Both the position numbers and the translations under genes were made by a program. The notes below the pieces were generated by a model. That model was given only the letters and a program-made list of their open reading frames with translations, made no database searches and had not been told where the DNA came from. Shown here piece after piece: positions 1-10,595 of a DNA stretch of 64,000 bases. This DNA is from Chloroflexota bacterium (GTDB taxonomy: Bacteria > Chloroflexota > Chloroflexia > Chloroflexales > Chloroflexaceae): the NCBI GenBank assembly GCA_030550625.1, contig JAUQOZ010000052.1:8745-72744 (forward strand). Reading direction: 5' to 3'. Numbering within the stretch: position 1 is the stretch's first letter; each line of letters opens with the position of its first letter.

Positions 1-631
1 AGCCGATCTCGATCTTCACCGCTTCGGCGGTGCGTTCGCCGATGAGCACGTTGTATTTCCGCTTGATGTACGAGGCAATCGCTTCGTCGAATCGGTTGCC
101 GCCGACCCGCACCGAGGTGCTCACCACAATGTCGTTAAGCGAGATGACGGCCACTTCGGTCGTGCCGCCGCCGATATCGATGACGAGATTGCCCGATGGT
201 TGCGCAATCGGGATATTGGCTCCAATCGCGGCAGCTAACGGCTCGCGAATCAGGTAGGCCTTGCCGGCTCCCGCCTCAAGAGCCGCGTAGCGCACGGCCC
301 GCATCTCGACGCTGGTGACGCCGGCGGGAATACAGATCATCACTTCAGGTCGCGAGAAGCGAAATCGCCCAGCCGCGCGCCCAATAAAGTGGCGGAGCAT
401 CTCTTCCGTCACCACATAATCGGCGATCACGCCGTTGCGCATCGGGCGCACCACCTCGATGCTCTCTGGTTCGCGGCCTAACATTGCCATCGCTTCGGCG
501 CCGACGGCGCGCACGCGCCCGTCGCGGGTGCTCAGCGCCACCGCCGACGGTTCGGAAAGGACGATGCCTTTGCCTTTGACATACACTAACACATTGGCTG
601 TGCCAAGATCGATCCCGATTTTGCGGGCCAT
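1..631 (-). CDS. mreB: Rod shape-determining protein MreB (5' part; runs off the window start)
   Basis: Hand translation from ATG at 631: [17 protein letters not shown]...EPLAAAIGA...[10 protein letters not shown], the actin-like MreB motifs. Not in the ORF track because it is truncated. Confidence 0.95.
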   Translation of the reverse strand, partial: MARKIGIDLGTANVLVYVKGKGIVLSEPSAVALSTRDGRVRAVGAEAMAMLGREPESIEVVRPMRNGVIADYVVTEEMLRHFIGRAAGRFRFSRPEVMICIPAGVTSVEMRAVRYAALEAGAGKAYLIREPLAAAIGANIPIAQPSGNLVIDIGGGTTEVAVISLNDIVVSTSVRVGGNRFDEAIASYIKRKYNVLIGERTAEAVKIEIG

Positions 632-810
632 AGATGTTCCTATTGATGAATGTCGGAAACTGCAGCGTGTGCTGCCATTTCAACGTAGTCGTGATGCGTC
701 AGAGTTCCGCATGCCATTGCGCGGGCGCTCTACACCCGCATTCATCGCTGCTGAGCGCAGTATTGCCAGATCCTATTGGCAAAAAAGCCGACTCAGCTTA
801 ATCGCGGCGT

Positions 811-840
811 ATTATAACAAATGATGAGGGATACTGGCAA
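811..840 (-). promoter_or_regulatory. Putative sigma70-type promoter for mreB
   Basis: Minus strand reads TTGCCA-18 nt-TATAAT with TG before the -10, about 180 nt upstream of mreB. Confidence 0.5.
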
Positions 841-848
841 TTGACAAT

Positions 849-873
849 AGGGACACAGCACTGCTGTGTCCCT
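849..873. repeat. REP-like palindrome; probable terminator of the atp operon
   Basis: agggacacagca-c-tgctgtgtccct, 12-bp perfect arms just after the atpC stop; similar to the gggcacagcg-n-cgctgtgccc repeats at about 26034-26107. Confidence 0.6.
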
Positions 874-918
874 TGGCGTTTACCGTCTTTGTGTTCCGCG
901 CCATGCACCGTTAAGTGA

Positions 919-1338
919 TTACGATTGGCGCCGTTTGATCTTGTTGAGTTGGGCCACGCGCAAGCGCACCATCTCTTTGCGCAGTTTAGCTTCGGCTAGC
1001 GCCATATCGCGCTCGCTCTGCGCTTCGCGCCGGCGTGCTTCGGCTTCAGCCCGCGCCTGCTCGGCCCGCGCTTCGTCGATCTCATCGGCCCGTTCAACCG
1101 TATCGGCGAGAATGGTCACCCGGTGCGGCAACACCTCCATAAACCCGCCCGACACGGCAAACGGCGTGCGCTCGCCATTCTTGATGATATCGAGCTCACC
1201 CGGTTCGAGGATCGTCATCAGCGGAGCGTGGCGCGGCAGAATGCCAACCCGGCCGTCTTTGGTCGGTGCGCTGATCATGTCAACGTCATCCGACAAGATC
1301 ACCCGCTCAGCGGTGACAATCTCTAAATGGATGGGCAT
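919..1338 (-). CDS. atpC: ATP synthase F1 epsilon subunit
   Basis: MPIHLEIVTAER...GRVGILPRHAPL...VSGGFMEV; last gene of the atp operon. Start moved to the ATG after an AGGAG RBS. Confidence 0.96.
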   Translation of the reverse strand: MPIHLEIVTAERVILSDDVDMISAPTKDGRVGILPRHAPLMTILEPGELDIIKNGERTPFAVSGGFMEVLPHRVTILADTVERADEIDEARAEQARAEAEARRREAQSERDMALAEAKLRKEMVRLRVAQLNKIKRRQS

Positions 1339-1407
1339 GGACTGCTCCTTCTGCCTACCATAGACCAACGCCGGCAGCACGGGTCAGCCGTCGCCGCCGG
1401 CCCAGTC

Positions 1408-2835
<1,428 letters not shown>

Positions 2836-2841
2836 TCAGCA

Positions 2842-3714
2842 TTAACTGGCGAGGGCAGCGGCGCCCGAAGCGATCTCGCTGACCTCTTTCGTAATAGCGG
2901 CTTGCCGCGCCTTGTTGAATGAAAGCGTCAGGTCGCGCACCAGATCCTTCGCGTTATTGGTCGCATTGCGCATCGCCACCATCCGCGCGCTATGCTCGCT
3001 GGCGATGCTCTCAAGCACCGCCTGATAGATCTGGGTCTCAACGTACCGCGGCAGAATGCTATTCAATACCTCTTCTTCACCCGGCTCGTACGTATAATCG
3101 ACGTTGGTGGTCGTTGAGATATCGGGGCTTTCTACCGGCAACAACTGCTTAATCGCCGGTCGCTGCACCAGCGTATTGATGAACTCGCTGTAAATGATGT
3201 AGAGTTCGTCGTACTTGCCCGCTTGGAACCCGCTAATTGCGCTGATCGCCACACCAAGGATCGCCTCAAGCTTAGGCGCATCGCCGAGGCGCGTGGCTTC
3301 GCCAGCGGGCGCAAAGCCCGTGCGCAGGAAGAAATCGCGTCCTTTGCGGCCAAAGGTGTAAATGTCGACCGTGCGGCCCATGGCGCGCTGCTCGGTGATA
3401 AAGCGCCCGGCGCGGCGCAAGACGTTGGCGACAAGGCTGCCGCAGAGACCGCGATCGGGTGTCACCACCAACAATGCCACACTCTTGACCGTTTCGCGTT
3501 TTTCGAGCAGAGTGCCGCGGCGCGCTGCTCCTACCACCCGCGCCGTCAAATTGGCCATCACCTCCCGCATGCGGTCGGCATACGGGCGGGTAGCTAACAC
3601 ATTCCGTTGGGCGCGCCGCATCTTCGAGGCCGATACCATCTCCATCGCCCGCGTAATTTGGGCGACGTTCTTCACTGACCGGATGCGGCGCTTAATCTCG
3701 CGACTACTCGGCAT
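2842..3714 (-). CDS. atpG: ATP synthase F1 gamma subunit
   Basis: [50 protein letters not shown]. Confidence 0.98.
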   Translation of the reverse strand: MPSSREIKRRIRSVKNVAQITRAMEMVSASKMRRAQRNVLATRPYADRMREVMANLTARVVGAARRGTLLEKRETVKSVALLVVTPDRGLCGSLVANVLRRAGRFITEQRAMGRTVDIYTFGRKGRDFFLRTGFAPAGEATRLGDAPKLEAILGVAISAISGFQAGKYDELYIIYSEFINTLVQRPAIKQLLPVESPDISTTTNVDYTYEPGEEEVLNSILPRYVETQIYQAVLESIASEHSARMVAMRNATNNAKDLVRDLTLSFNKARQAAITKEVSEIASGAAALAS

Positions 3715-3777
3715 ATCGAACCCTTTGCAGTCATGCGACCGGCGAGCGGGCCTGCGCCCGCCCGCCAGTGGAGCCTG

Positions 3778-5346
3778 CTAGCTATAATTGCTGGTTGCCT
3801 TAAACTCCTTAATCGCCGACTCCAGCGCCTCTTTCACTTCCGGCGTGGGGAACTTGCGATCAAGGCGATTGTCGTAGATCAGCTTCCGCACCTCTGGATG
3901 AGCGGTGCGCAGGAAGGCCAGAAAATCGTCGCGCCACTTGGTGATCATTGGCACCGGCACATCGTCGAGGTAGTTGTTGGTGGCCGCGTAGAGCACGGCA
4001 ACCTGATCCTCGACTGCCAACGGCTGATACTGCGGCTGTTTCAGCAGCTCTTGCAGGCGCTGGCCACGCTCGATCTGCGCCTTGGTGGTCGCATCGAGGT
4101 CGCTAGCAAACTGGGCAAAGGCGGCCAGATCGCGGAACTGGGCCAACTCGCCCTTCAGCTTGCCGGCCACTGCGCGCATCGCCCGCGTCTGCGCCGCGCC
4201 ACCCACGCGCGACACCGAAATACCGACGTTGAGCGCCGGGCGCTGGCCGGCATTAAACAGGTCAGACTCCAGATAGATCTGGCCGTCGGTAATTGAAATC
4301 ACGTTGGTCGGGATGTAAGCCGACACGTCGTTTGCCTGCGTCTCGATCACCGGCAGCGCGGTCAGCGAACCGCCGCCGTATTCCTCGCTGAGGCGGGCCG
4401 CGCGCTCGAGCAAGCGCGAGTGCAGGTAGAACACGTCACCGGGGTAGGCTTCGCGGCCCGGCGGGCGGCGCAGCAAGAGCGACACCTGCCGGTAAGCGAC
4501 GGCGTGCTTGCTCAGGTCGTCATAGACGATCAGGGCGTCGCGCACCAATTGCCCATTGAGCATCACGCCATTTTCCATAATCTCTTCACCCATCGCGCAG
4601 CCGGCGTAGGGCGCGATATACTGGAGCGCGGCGCTTTCCGAGGCGGTCGCTGACACGACGATGGTATACTCCATCGCGCCGAACTTCTCGAGGGTGCCGA
4701 CCACCTGCGCCACCTGCGCGCGGCGCTGGCCGATCGCAACATAGATACACACCATCCCTTGGCCCTTCTGGTTGAGGATGGTATCAATTGCGACGGCCGT
4801 CTTACCGGTCTGGCGGTCGCCGATGATCAACTCGCGCTGGCCGCGCCCAATCGGGATGAGCGCGTCAATCGCGATAATACCGGTTTGCACCGGCGTATCC
4901 ACCGACTTGCGGGTGATCACGCCGGGGGCGATGCGCTCAATCGGGCGCGTCTTGTCATACAGGATCGGCCCTTTGCCGTCGATCGGCTGGCCGAGCGGGT
5001 TCACCACACGGCCCAGCAGACCCTGCCCGACCGGGACGGAAATCACGCGCCCGGTCGAGGTTACCATATCCCCTTCCTCGATCGTCTCATCATCGCCGAG
5101 AATAATCGCGGCGACGCTATCTTGTTCGAGGTTAAGGGCAATGCCATAAATCGATTCATTCCGGCCGGCCTTGGGCGGGAACTCGACAATCTCAGAGGCG
5201 ACGACCTGATCAAGGCCGGACAGCCGCGCGACGCCGTCACCGACGGCAATCACCGTTCCGACATTGACCTGACGCGGCTGAAGGTCGACGCCGCTGGTGA
5301 TCCCCTGCTTCAGCCGGGCGATCAATTCTTCAGTAATCGTCGTCAT
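3778..5346 (-). CDS. atpA: ATP synthase F1 alpha subunit
   Basis: GDRQTGKT Walker [22 protein letters not shown]; 522 aa. Confidence 0.99.
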   Translation of the reverse strand: MTTITEELIARLKQGITSGVDLQPRQVNVGTVIAVGDGVARLSGLDQVVASEIVEFPPKAGRNESIYGIALNLEQDSVAAIILGDDETIEEGDMVTSTGRVISVPVGQGLLGRVVNPLGQPIDGKGPILYDKTRPIERIAPGVITRKSVDTPVQTGIIAIDALIPIGRGQRELIIGDRQTGKTAVAIDTILNQKGQGMVCIYVAIGQRRAQVAQVVGTLEKFGAMEYTIVVSATASESAALQYIAPYAGCAMGEEIMENGVMLNGQLVRDALIVYDDLSKHAVAYRQVSLLLRRPPGREAYPGDVFYLHSRLLERAARLSEEYGGGSLTALPVIETQANDVSAYIPTNVISITDGQIYLESDLFNAGQRPALNVGISVSRVGGAAQTRAMRAVAGKLKGELAQFRDLAAFAQFASDLDATTKAQIERGQRLQELLKQPQYQPLAVEDQVAVLYAATNNYLDDVPVPMITKWRDDFLAFLRTAHPEVRKLIYDNRLDRKFPTPEVKEALESAIKEFKATSNYS

Positions 5347-5403
5347 GCTCTACTCCGTCGCGCTGGCGGCCGGCGACACCGGGCCAGCGAGCTGAGTGCT
5401 ACT

Positions 5404-5877
5404 TTAACTTGCCTGCAATGCGCGCTGAATGGCGCTGAGGCGGGCGCGCAGGCTATTATCAAGCACCTGATCGCCAACCCGGATAATCAACCCGCCAATC
5501 AGCGTCGGATCAACATAATACGTCACGTGGACATCGCCGTAGCGCTGGCGCAACTCGCTCGCAATGCGCTCTTTCTGCTCACTGCTCAGCTCGATCGCGC
5601 TGGTCACACTCGCGTCAATTGCGCGGCTGCCGGTTTCAAGATAGCTCTGCAAGGCGGTTGCCACAGCGCCCAATTCGCCGGTCAGCCCCTCTTTGGCCAT
5701 TGCGAGCAAGAAATTGCGCACTTGGGGCAGCAGATCGGCCGGTAGGGCCGCCGCAGCATCGCTCGGCGCAAGGCCGGCGATCCGCGGCGCCGCGGCCCGA
5801 ATCTGCTCAGCGGCGGTGGTGAGCAGCGCTTCCACGAGCGGGCTGGCCAGTTCCCGTGCATCAATGGTCGTTGCCAT
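5404..5877 (-). CDS. atpH: ATP synthase delta subunit
   Basis: C-terminal VTSAIEL...[26 protein letters not shown] (OSCP/delta); lies between atpF and atpA. Confidence 0.92.
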   Translation of the reverse strand: MATTIDARELASPLVEALLTTAAEQIRAAAPRIAGLAPSDAAAALPADLLPQVRNFLLAMAKEGLTGELGAVATALQSYLETGSRAIDASVTSAIELSSEQKERIASELRQRYGDVHVTYYVDPTLIGGLIIRVGDQVLDNSLRARLSAIQRALQAS

Positions 5878-5921
5878 ACGCTCTGTTTCCTCTGGCAGAC
5901 TAGCGGCGCCAGTCTGCGACG

Positions 5922-6416
5922 TTAGTTGCGGCGATCAAGCGCCTTCAGTGACTCGGCAATCAACGCATCGTGGCCGCGGGCCTGCAATTCGGCGCCGAGC
6001 ACGCGGCTCGCCGTCAATGTGACCAGATCGGCGATCTGAGTCTTGGCTTCGCTCATCATCCGCGCGCGCTCTTGCTCGGCCTGCGCCCGCGCCTCTTCCT
6101 TCAGGCGCTCGGCTTCGCGGCGCGCCTGCGCAATGATCTCAGCTTCCTGCTGCTTGGCCCGCTCTTGCGCCTGCGCCACGATCTTGGCCGCCTCTTGCCG
6201 CGCCTTGGCGATTTCCGCCTCGTAATCACGCTTGGCGTTCGCCAACTGCTCGCGCACCTTCTCAGCGTCGCGGACGCTCTCTTCGATCCGCTTGGTGCGC
6301 TCATTCAGCAGGTTCATTACCGGCCGGTACAGCAGCGCGCGCAGAATGAAGATCAGCAACAGAAAGTTGATCAGTTGCGCGATCAATAGGGTCGGATTAA
6401 TACCTAATGCTTCCAC
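5922..6416 (-). CDS. atpF: ATP synthase FO b subunit
   Basis: N-terminal TM ([12 protein letters not shown]) followed by a long charged coiled coil; operon position. Confidence 0.96.
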   Translation of the reverse strand: MEALGINPTLLIAQLINFLLLIFILRALLYRPVMNLLNERTKRIEESVRDAEKVREQLANAKRDYEAEIAKARQEAAKIVAQAQERAKQQEAEIIAQARREAERLKEEARAQAEQERARMMSEAKTQIADLVTLTASRVLGAELQARGHDALIAESLKALDRRN

Positions 6417-6446
6417 CCTGCAAACCTCCCGTAAACGCGCAATGCT

Positions 6447-6677
6447 CTACTGCAACACGCCGAAACCGATCAAGAACGCAATCACCAGACCGAAGATGGC
6501 AAGCGCTTCGGTAAAGGCGATACCGATAAACATGTAAGTGACGACCCGGTTCTCGATTTCAGGATTGCGGCCAATCGCCTGCACCGCACCCGACACGATG
6601 ATGCCAATGCCGACACCCGGCCCAATAGCGCCCAAACCAACAGCGAGCGCGGTTGCGACGAGATTCAGACCCTCCAT
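6447..6677 (-). CDS. atpE: ATP synthase FO c subunit (H+-type signature)
   Basis: GLGAIGPGVGIG glycine motif, RNP loop, conserved Glu in FTEAL; 76 aa. Confidence 0.98.
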   Translation of the reverse strand: MEGLNLVATALAVGLGAIGPGVGIGIIVSGAVQAIGRNPEIENRVVTYMFIGIAFTEALAIFGLVIAFLIGFGVLQ

Positions 6678-6759
6678 GATTGAGATGCCTCCTTAAAGCA
6701 GACTCTGCGACGATACCTTAAACCCAAAACCATCGCGGAAGACTCCGCGCGAACCCGAA

Positions 6760-7689
6760 TCAATGCGCATGCTCCTCGTCGTGGCCGGTCACGGCAATGT
6801 TGAGGAAGGCGTAGGTCAGCAGCGCGAAAATCAACGCTTGGATGAACCCGACGAACACCTCGAAGCCGTAGAAGGGAAGTGGCAGCAACAGCGGCACGAG
6901 GAAGGCCATCACCACCAGCAGCACTTCGCCGGCGAAGATATTGCCGAAAAGACGGAAGGCCAGCGCGAAGGGCTTCACCAGCTCAGAGATAAACTCGATG
7001 ATACCGACGAACGACATAATGCCGTTCAAGTTGAAGAACTTCTTCAAATAGCCCGGCCCGAGGGCGCGGAAACCCCAATACTCAATGAAGACGAACGAGA
7101 TGATCGCAATGGCAAAGGTGAAGTTGAGGTCAGCCGCCGGCGCGCGGAAGAGTGGCACCAGCTTCTTGCCTTGTGCAGCGCAGGTGTCATAGATTTCTTC
7201 GCTCTCGGCTGCCAGCACGCTAGCCGGGCCAGCGATTGCCAACCGCTCGTCTACCACGACACCATGCTTCTCTTTCTTCTCGTGGCAGACGCCAATCGAG
7301 CCGACCCCCGGCAACAAGCCGAACCAGTTGCCAAACAGCACGAAGAGGAAGATCGTTGCCACCAGCGGGAACGCAGTCGCGACATATTTCGGGTTGATGT
7401 TGCGGAAGAGATTGTACAGCGTTTCGAGGATAAACTCCATCACATTCTGCAACCCGCGCGGCACCATTTGCAAATTGCGGGTGGCAGCAAATGCCAGTGC
7501 AATCACAAAGATGTCAATAATGATGCTGACGACAAACGAGTTGGTGATGGGAAAACCGGGGATGCCGTCAAAGATGACTTCGGCGGCGACTTCGACGTGT
7601 GGCGGGCCTGTGTACAGGAAAAAGCGGCTAGCAATCGAGATGAGAAGTGCCCCTACAATAATCAGAATGACTCGAGTCCGCGTTGACAA
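6760..7689 (-). CDS. atpB: ATP synthase FO a subunit
   Basis: VPRGLQNVME, LAFRLFGNIFAGE (conserved Arg), FIQALIFALLT. Confidence 0.97.
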   Translation of the reverse strand: MSTRTRVILIIVGALLISIASRFFLYTGPPHVEVAAEVIFDGIPGFPITNSFVVSIIIDIFVIALAFAATRNLQMVPRGLQNVMEFILETLYNLFRNINPKYVATAFPLVATIFLFVLFGNWFGLLPGVGSIGVCHEKKEKHGVVVDERLAIAGPASVLAAESEEIYDTCAAQGKKLVPLFRAPAADLNFTFAIAIISFVFIEYWGFRALGPGYLKKFFNLNGIMSFVGIIEFISELVKPFALAFRLFGNIFAGEVLLVVMAFLVPLLLPLPFYGFEVFVGFIQALIFALLTYAFLNIAVTGHDEEHAH

Positions 7690-7796
7690 CGCCTACCTCC
7701 TGCTCGACAACGTCGGGCATTGCTCAGCGCCCTATTGTGCGCGCGCTGCCGCCCGGAGCGCGAACGACCACTTTTTTGTTCCGTCTTTCACAAACA

Positions 7797-7825
7797 GTAT
7801 AACGCACCTCGCAAAATTTCGCAAA
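7797..7825 (-). promoter_or_regulatory. Possible promoter of the atp operon
   Basis: Minus strand reads TTGCGA-17 nt-TATACT, about 105 nt upstream of atpB. Confidence 0.35.
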
Positions 7826-7927
7826 CAACCTGCTTGGTGATAGAGATTGTTACGGTTTTGCGAAGCCGTCGCGAGTATACCATAGCTATGCGGTACGGGC
7901 AAACGACGGGGAAGGGAGCAGGGGCGC

Positions 7928-8001
7928 GGCGCGGTCGTCGTTGGAGGGGCGGTAGGGGCATAGCATCGCTATGCCCCTACCGCCCCTACGACGACCGCGC
8001 C
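7928..8001. repeat. GTAG-type REP palindrome within a long hairpin
   Basis: Core gtaggggcatagc-atc-gctatgcccctac (7952-7980). Perfect arms extend to 20 bp (7945-7987), plus a further 14 bp after a 3-nt bulge. Confidence 0.8.
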
Positions 8002-9182
8002 AACACATCACGCAATTCGCGAATGGCGCGTTTGGCATTGACCCACACCGCGCCGATCTTCGAGCTAGCAACCCGCTTGTTGAAGACCAAGACCAGCAAA
8101 AACCGCTGCGCCACATCGAAGCAGTAGAGGTCGATGTTGACGCCTTCGTGGATGTAGACGCTGGTTGCATCTTCTTCACGCAATTGGCGCGCCACTTCGC
8201 CGGTCGTCGAGAACCCGGTTGAGAGCAGCGGCAAGACAATCATCAGCGGTAGGTTGCCTTTGTCGCCGGTCTCGACGAGAATCATCCCGGCTCGGTCAGT
8301 TAGCATAATGCTTTGAGTGCCGAGATCTTGGCCTAATTGGCTCATGATGCTGCGGATAGCCGCAATATTTTGCTCGGTGACGATCAGGTTCCGGCCATCG
8401 CTGCGCCAAGTTAGCGGCGGCTCAGCCGCGGCGGGGGTTACCGCCGGGGAAGCCGGTGTGCTGGCTCGTCGCTCGGCTGCCGCGCGCGAACGGGCGGCCA
8501 AGCCGCCTTTATGCGGCGGCGCTTCACGAGCAGCCGCCTCACGCGCTTCGCGTTCCGCCGCTTCACGTTCCGCCGCTTCGCGCGCTGCGCGCTCAGCCGC
8601 TTCACGCTCGGCCCGTGATGGCAACACTACCCGCGCTGGGGTAAACGAGCGCTGAGATGAAGCGCCGGCTGGCGGCTCTTCCTTCGCTGGCGGCGCTGGC
8701 GGCTCTTCCTTCGCTGGCGGCGCTGGCGGCTTTTCCTTGGCTGCTGGCGGCTCACTGCGGGGTGTCTCAGCGACGGCGCGCGTTGTTGCTGGCGGCGGTG
8801 GGGGCGGCGCCGGCGCAGTGCGTGGCATATCGAGCGCGCTGCTCACGGCTGCACGCACCGCATCCAGACTCACCTCGCCGCTCAGCACTGTGCTCACGCC
8901 GGCTGCCTTAGCCCGCTCACGATCAGCATTGCTCAGGCCAGCGCCCCATAATACGACCCGGGTATGCGGATCAAAATTCGGCACAATCTCGGCGAGATCG
9001 AGGCCGCTCATCTCGTCGAGTTCGAGTTCGCTCAATACTAGATCGGGCGGCTCAGTGCTAATAGCCCAGAGCGCGTCATTAGCTGAGTCGAAGATTTGCA
9101 CCGTTGCATCGCCAGCCATCGCTGCGGGTAAGCTTCGCAAGACAGGATTAGTGCGGGCGACCACGACAATACGATAGGTCAT
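7986..9182 (-). CDS. Pseudo-receiver domain + Pro/Ala-rich linker + Roadblock/LC7 (MglB-like) domain protein
   Basis: N-terminal CheY-like pattern (PPDLVLSELELDEMSGLDLA); PPAPPAKEE and EAAER repeats; C-terminus IMLTDRAGMILVETG...FLLVLVFN...IGAVWVNAKRAIREL resembles MglB. Confidence 0.75.
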   Translation of the reverse strand: MTYRIVVVARTNPVLRSLPAAMAGDATVQIFDSANDALWAISTEPPDLVLSELELDEMSGLDLAEIVPNFDPHTRVVLWGAGLSNADRERAKAAGVSTVLSGEVSLDAVRAAVSSALDMPRTAPAPPPPPPATTRAVAETPRSEPPAAKEKPPAPPAKEEPPAPPAKEEPPAGASSQRSFTPARVVLPSRAEREAAERAAREAAEREAAEREAREAAAREAPPHKGGLAARSRAAAERRASTPASPAVTPAAAEPPLTWRSDGRNLIVTEQNIAAIRSIMSQLGQDLGTQSIMLTDRAGMILVETGDKGNLPLMIVLPLLSTGFSTTGEVARQLREEDATSVYIHEGVNIDLYCFDVAQRFLLVLVFNKRVASSKIGAVWVNAKRAIRELRDVLARSS

Positions 9183-9286
9183 TGAATTCTCTCGCGGTAT
9201 CGCTCAATGTGTAACCATCTACTACTGCCCATAAGTATACCCGAAATAGCTACGACTTGAAGTAGAAATTTCGGGTATGAACGTAG

Positions 9287-10420
9287 TCAGGCTATCACTT
9301 CAACACAACTGCGCGGCAGCCAAACGGCTTCACCGCTGTTCAGCAACACTTCGGCTGCCGCAGTGCGCACTCCCGAAGGCAAACGTTGGGGCAAGGCCGG
9401 CAAGCTGCGTACAGAGCCGGTTTGGCCGAGATGGTCATGATCGAGCAGGCGCACGAGCGCGCCGATGCGCAGCGGCGGGCGCGGCGGTTCAAGCGATGCT
9501 GTACTACTGCGTGATAGCGGGATGATCACTCGCGGGCGGCGATGGGGTTGGCGCAGGCTGGTGTTGCTCTCGATAAAGACTTCGCGGCGGTCGTTGTTGG
9601 CGAGCAATTCAAATAGCGGCGCTGCCATCGGCGCATTACCGATGCCTTCCGTCAGCACGATGGTCAGTGGTGCGGCAATGTTGCCTGACCATTGCCAATT
9701 GCGGACGCCGATTGGCCATGGGACACGTTTGGCCCACTGAAAGAACGCGCGCAGTTCGCGTTCGGCGATGCTGCCGATGACAATCCCGCGCACCTGATGT
9801 TCAACCGCTTTTCTGAGAGCAGCCGCGCTAATCCCGCTGCCGCCGATAATGATGGCGAACATGCTCTGGGCGTCGATCATCTGCTCAGTAATCGGTTCGC
9901 TCGGATCGAGCGTGAGCAAGCGGGTAACGCCGTTGCAATCGCTGCCAAATCCGCCGGCGCCGTACAGTTGCGCCGCAGGCGTTTCAATCACAATCCGCCG
10001 GTTGTCAATAATCTCCATCACAATGCCGCGGATGCCGGCGGTGAGCGTTATCTGGCGCGGCTCAGGCACAATAAACGCATAGCCAGTGGCCGGATCAACG
10101 GCGCGTAACGTGCCATTGACCGGGCTTAGCACGCGGCGGCCAAATAGGCCACCGCGCCGGGCCAGCACGGCGCCGGCATTGATCGGTTGGCCGATCGGCG
10201 CGACAACCGCTCGCGTTGCCTGCGCCGGCGGCAGGTTGAGGGCGCGCGCGAGATTGATAATGTGCGGCGCACTAGCCACTACCCCGCGCGCAATAACATC
10301 ATCCGGCTCGACGCGCCCGCCTTGCCTGACCTGTATCTCGCCGGGTTGCGGCAGGGTGCGTTCGACGCGGGCCAGCGTACTCTTGATCAGTGGAGGAACG
10401 CCATCGGGTACGTATAGCAT
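9287..10420 (-). CDS. Conserved hypothetical protein with repeated barrel-sandwich-hybrid-like segments
   Basis: 377-aa ORF with plausible codon usage; motifs GEIQVRQGGRVEPDDVIA and GGLFGRRVLSPVNGTL; C-terminal KOW-like beta segment. Confidence 0.7.
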   Translation of the reverse strand: MLYVPDGVPPLIKSTLARVERTLPQPGEIQVRQGGRVEPDDVIARGVVASAPHIINLARALNLPPAQATRAVVAPIGQPINAGAVLARRGGLFGRRVLSPVNGTLRAVDPATGYAFIVPEPRQITLTAGIRGIVMEIIDNRRIVIETPAAQLYGAGGFGSDCNGVTRLLTLDPSEPITEQMIDAQSMFAIIIGGSGISAAALRKAVEHQVRGIVIGSIAERELRAFFQWAKRVPWPIGVRNWQWSGNIAAPLTIVLTEGIGNAPMAAPLFELLANNDRREVFIESNTSLRQPHRRPRVIIPLSRSSTASLEPPRPPLRIGALVRLLDHDHLGQTGSVRSLPALPQRLPSGVRTAAAEVLLNSGEAVWLPRSCVEVIA

Positions 10421-10595
10421 AGTGGATGTGCCTGTTCCTGACAGTATTTATGGCGCAATTATAACACGGAACAGTTCGCGACCGTTGACTTGCGGTATGC
10501 TTTGCCTCATTGCGATGAGGGTGCGCCCGCGAGGACGCGGCGGGCGCAGCGATGGGCGTTGCGCTGCCGAAGCAGGTAAGCTGGGTGGTACCGGA

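Noticed and set aside
6763-7686. Long antisense ORFs (e.g. 6763-7686, 4759-5745, 25103-26224, 47531-48607, 56328-57005, 59725-60660)
   Set aside because: Shadow frames of well-supported GC-rich genes, with no motifs, RBS context or plausible composition.
8520-8745. Tandem DNA repeats in the 7986-9182 gene and in coxG (44400-44530) as separate elements
   Set aside because: They are in-frame coding repeats for Pro/Ala/Glu-rich linkers, already explained by the CDS calls.
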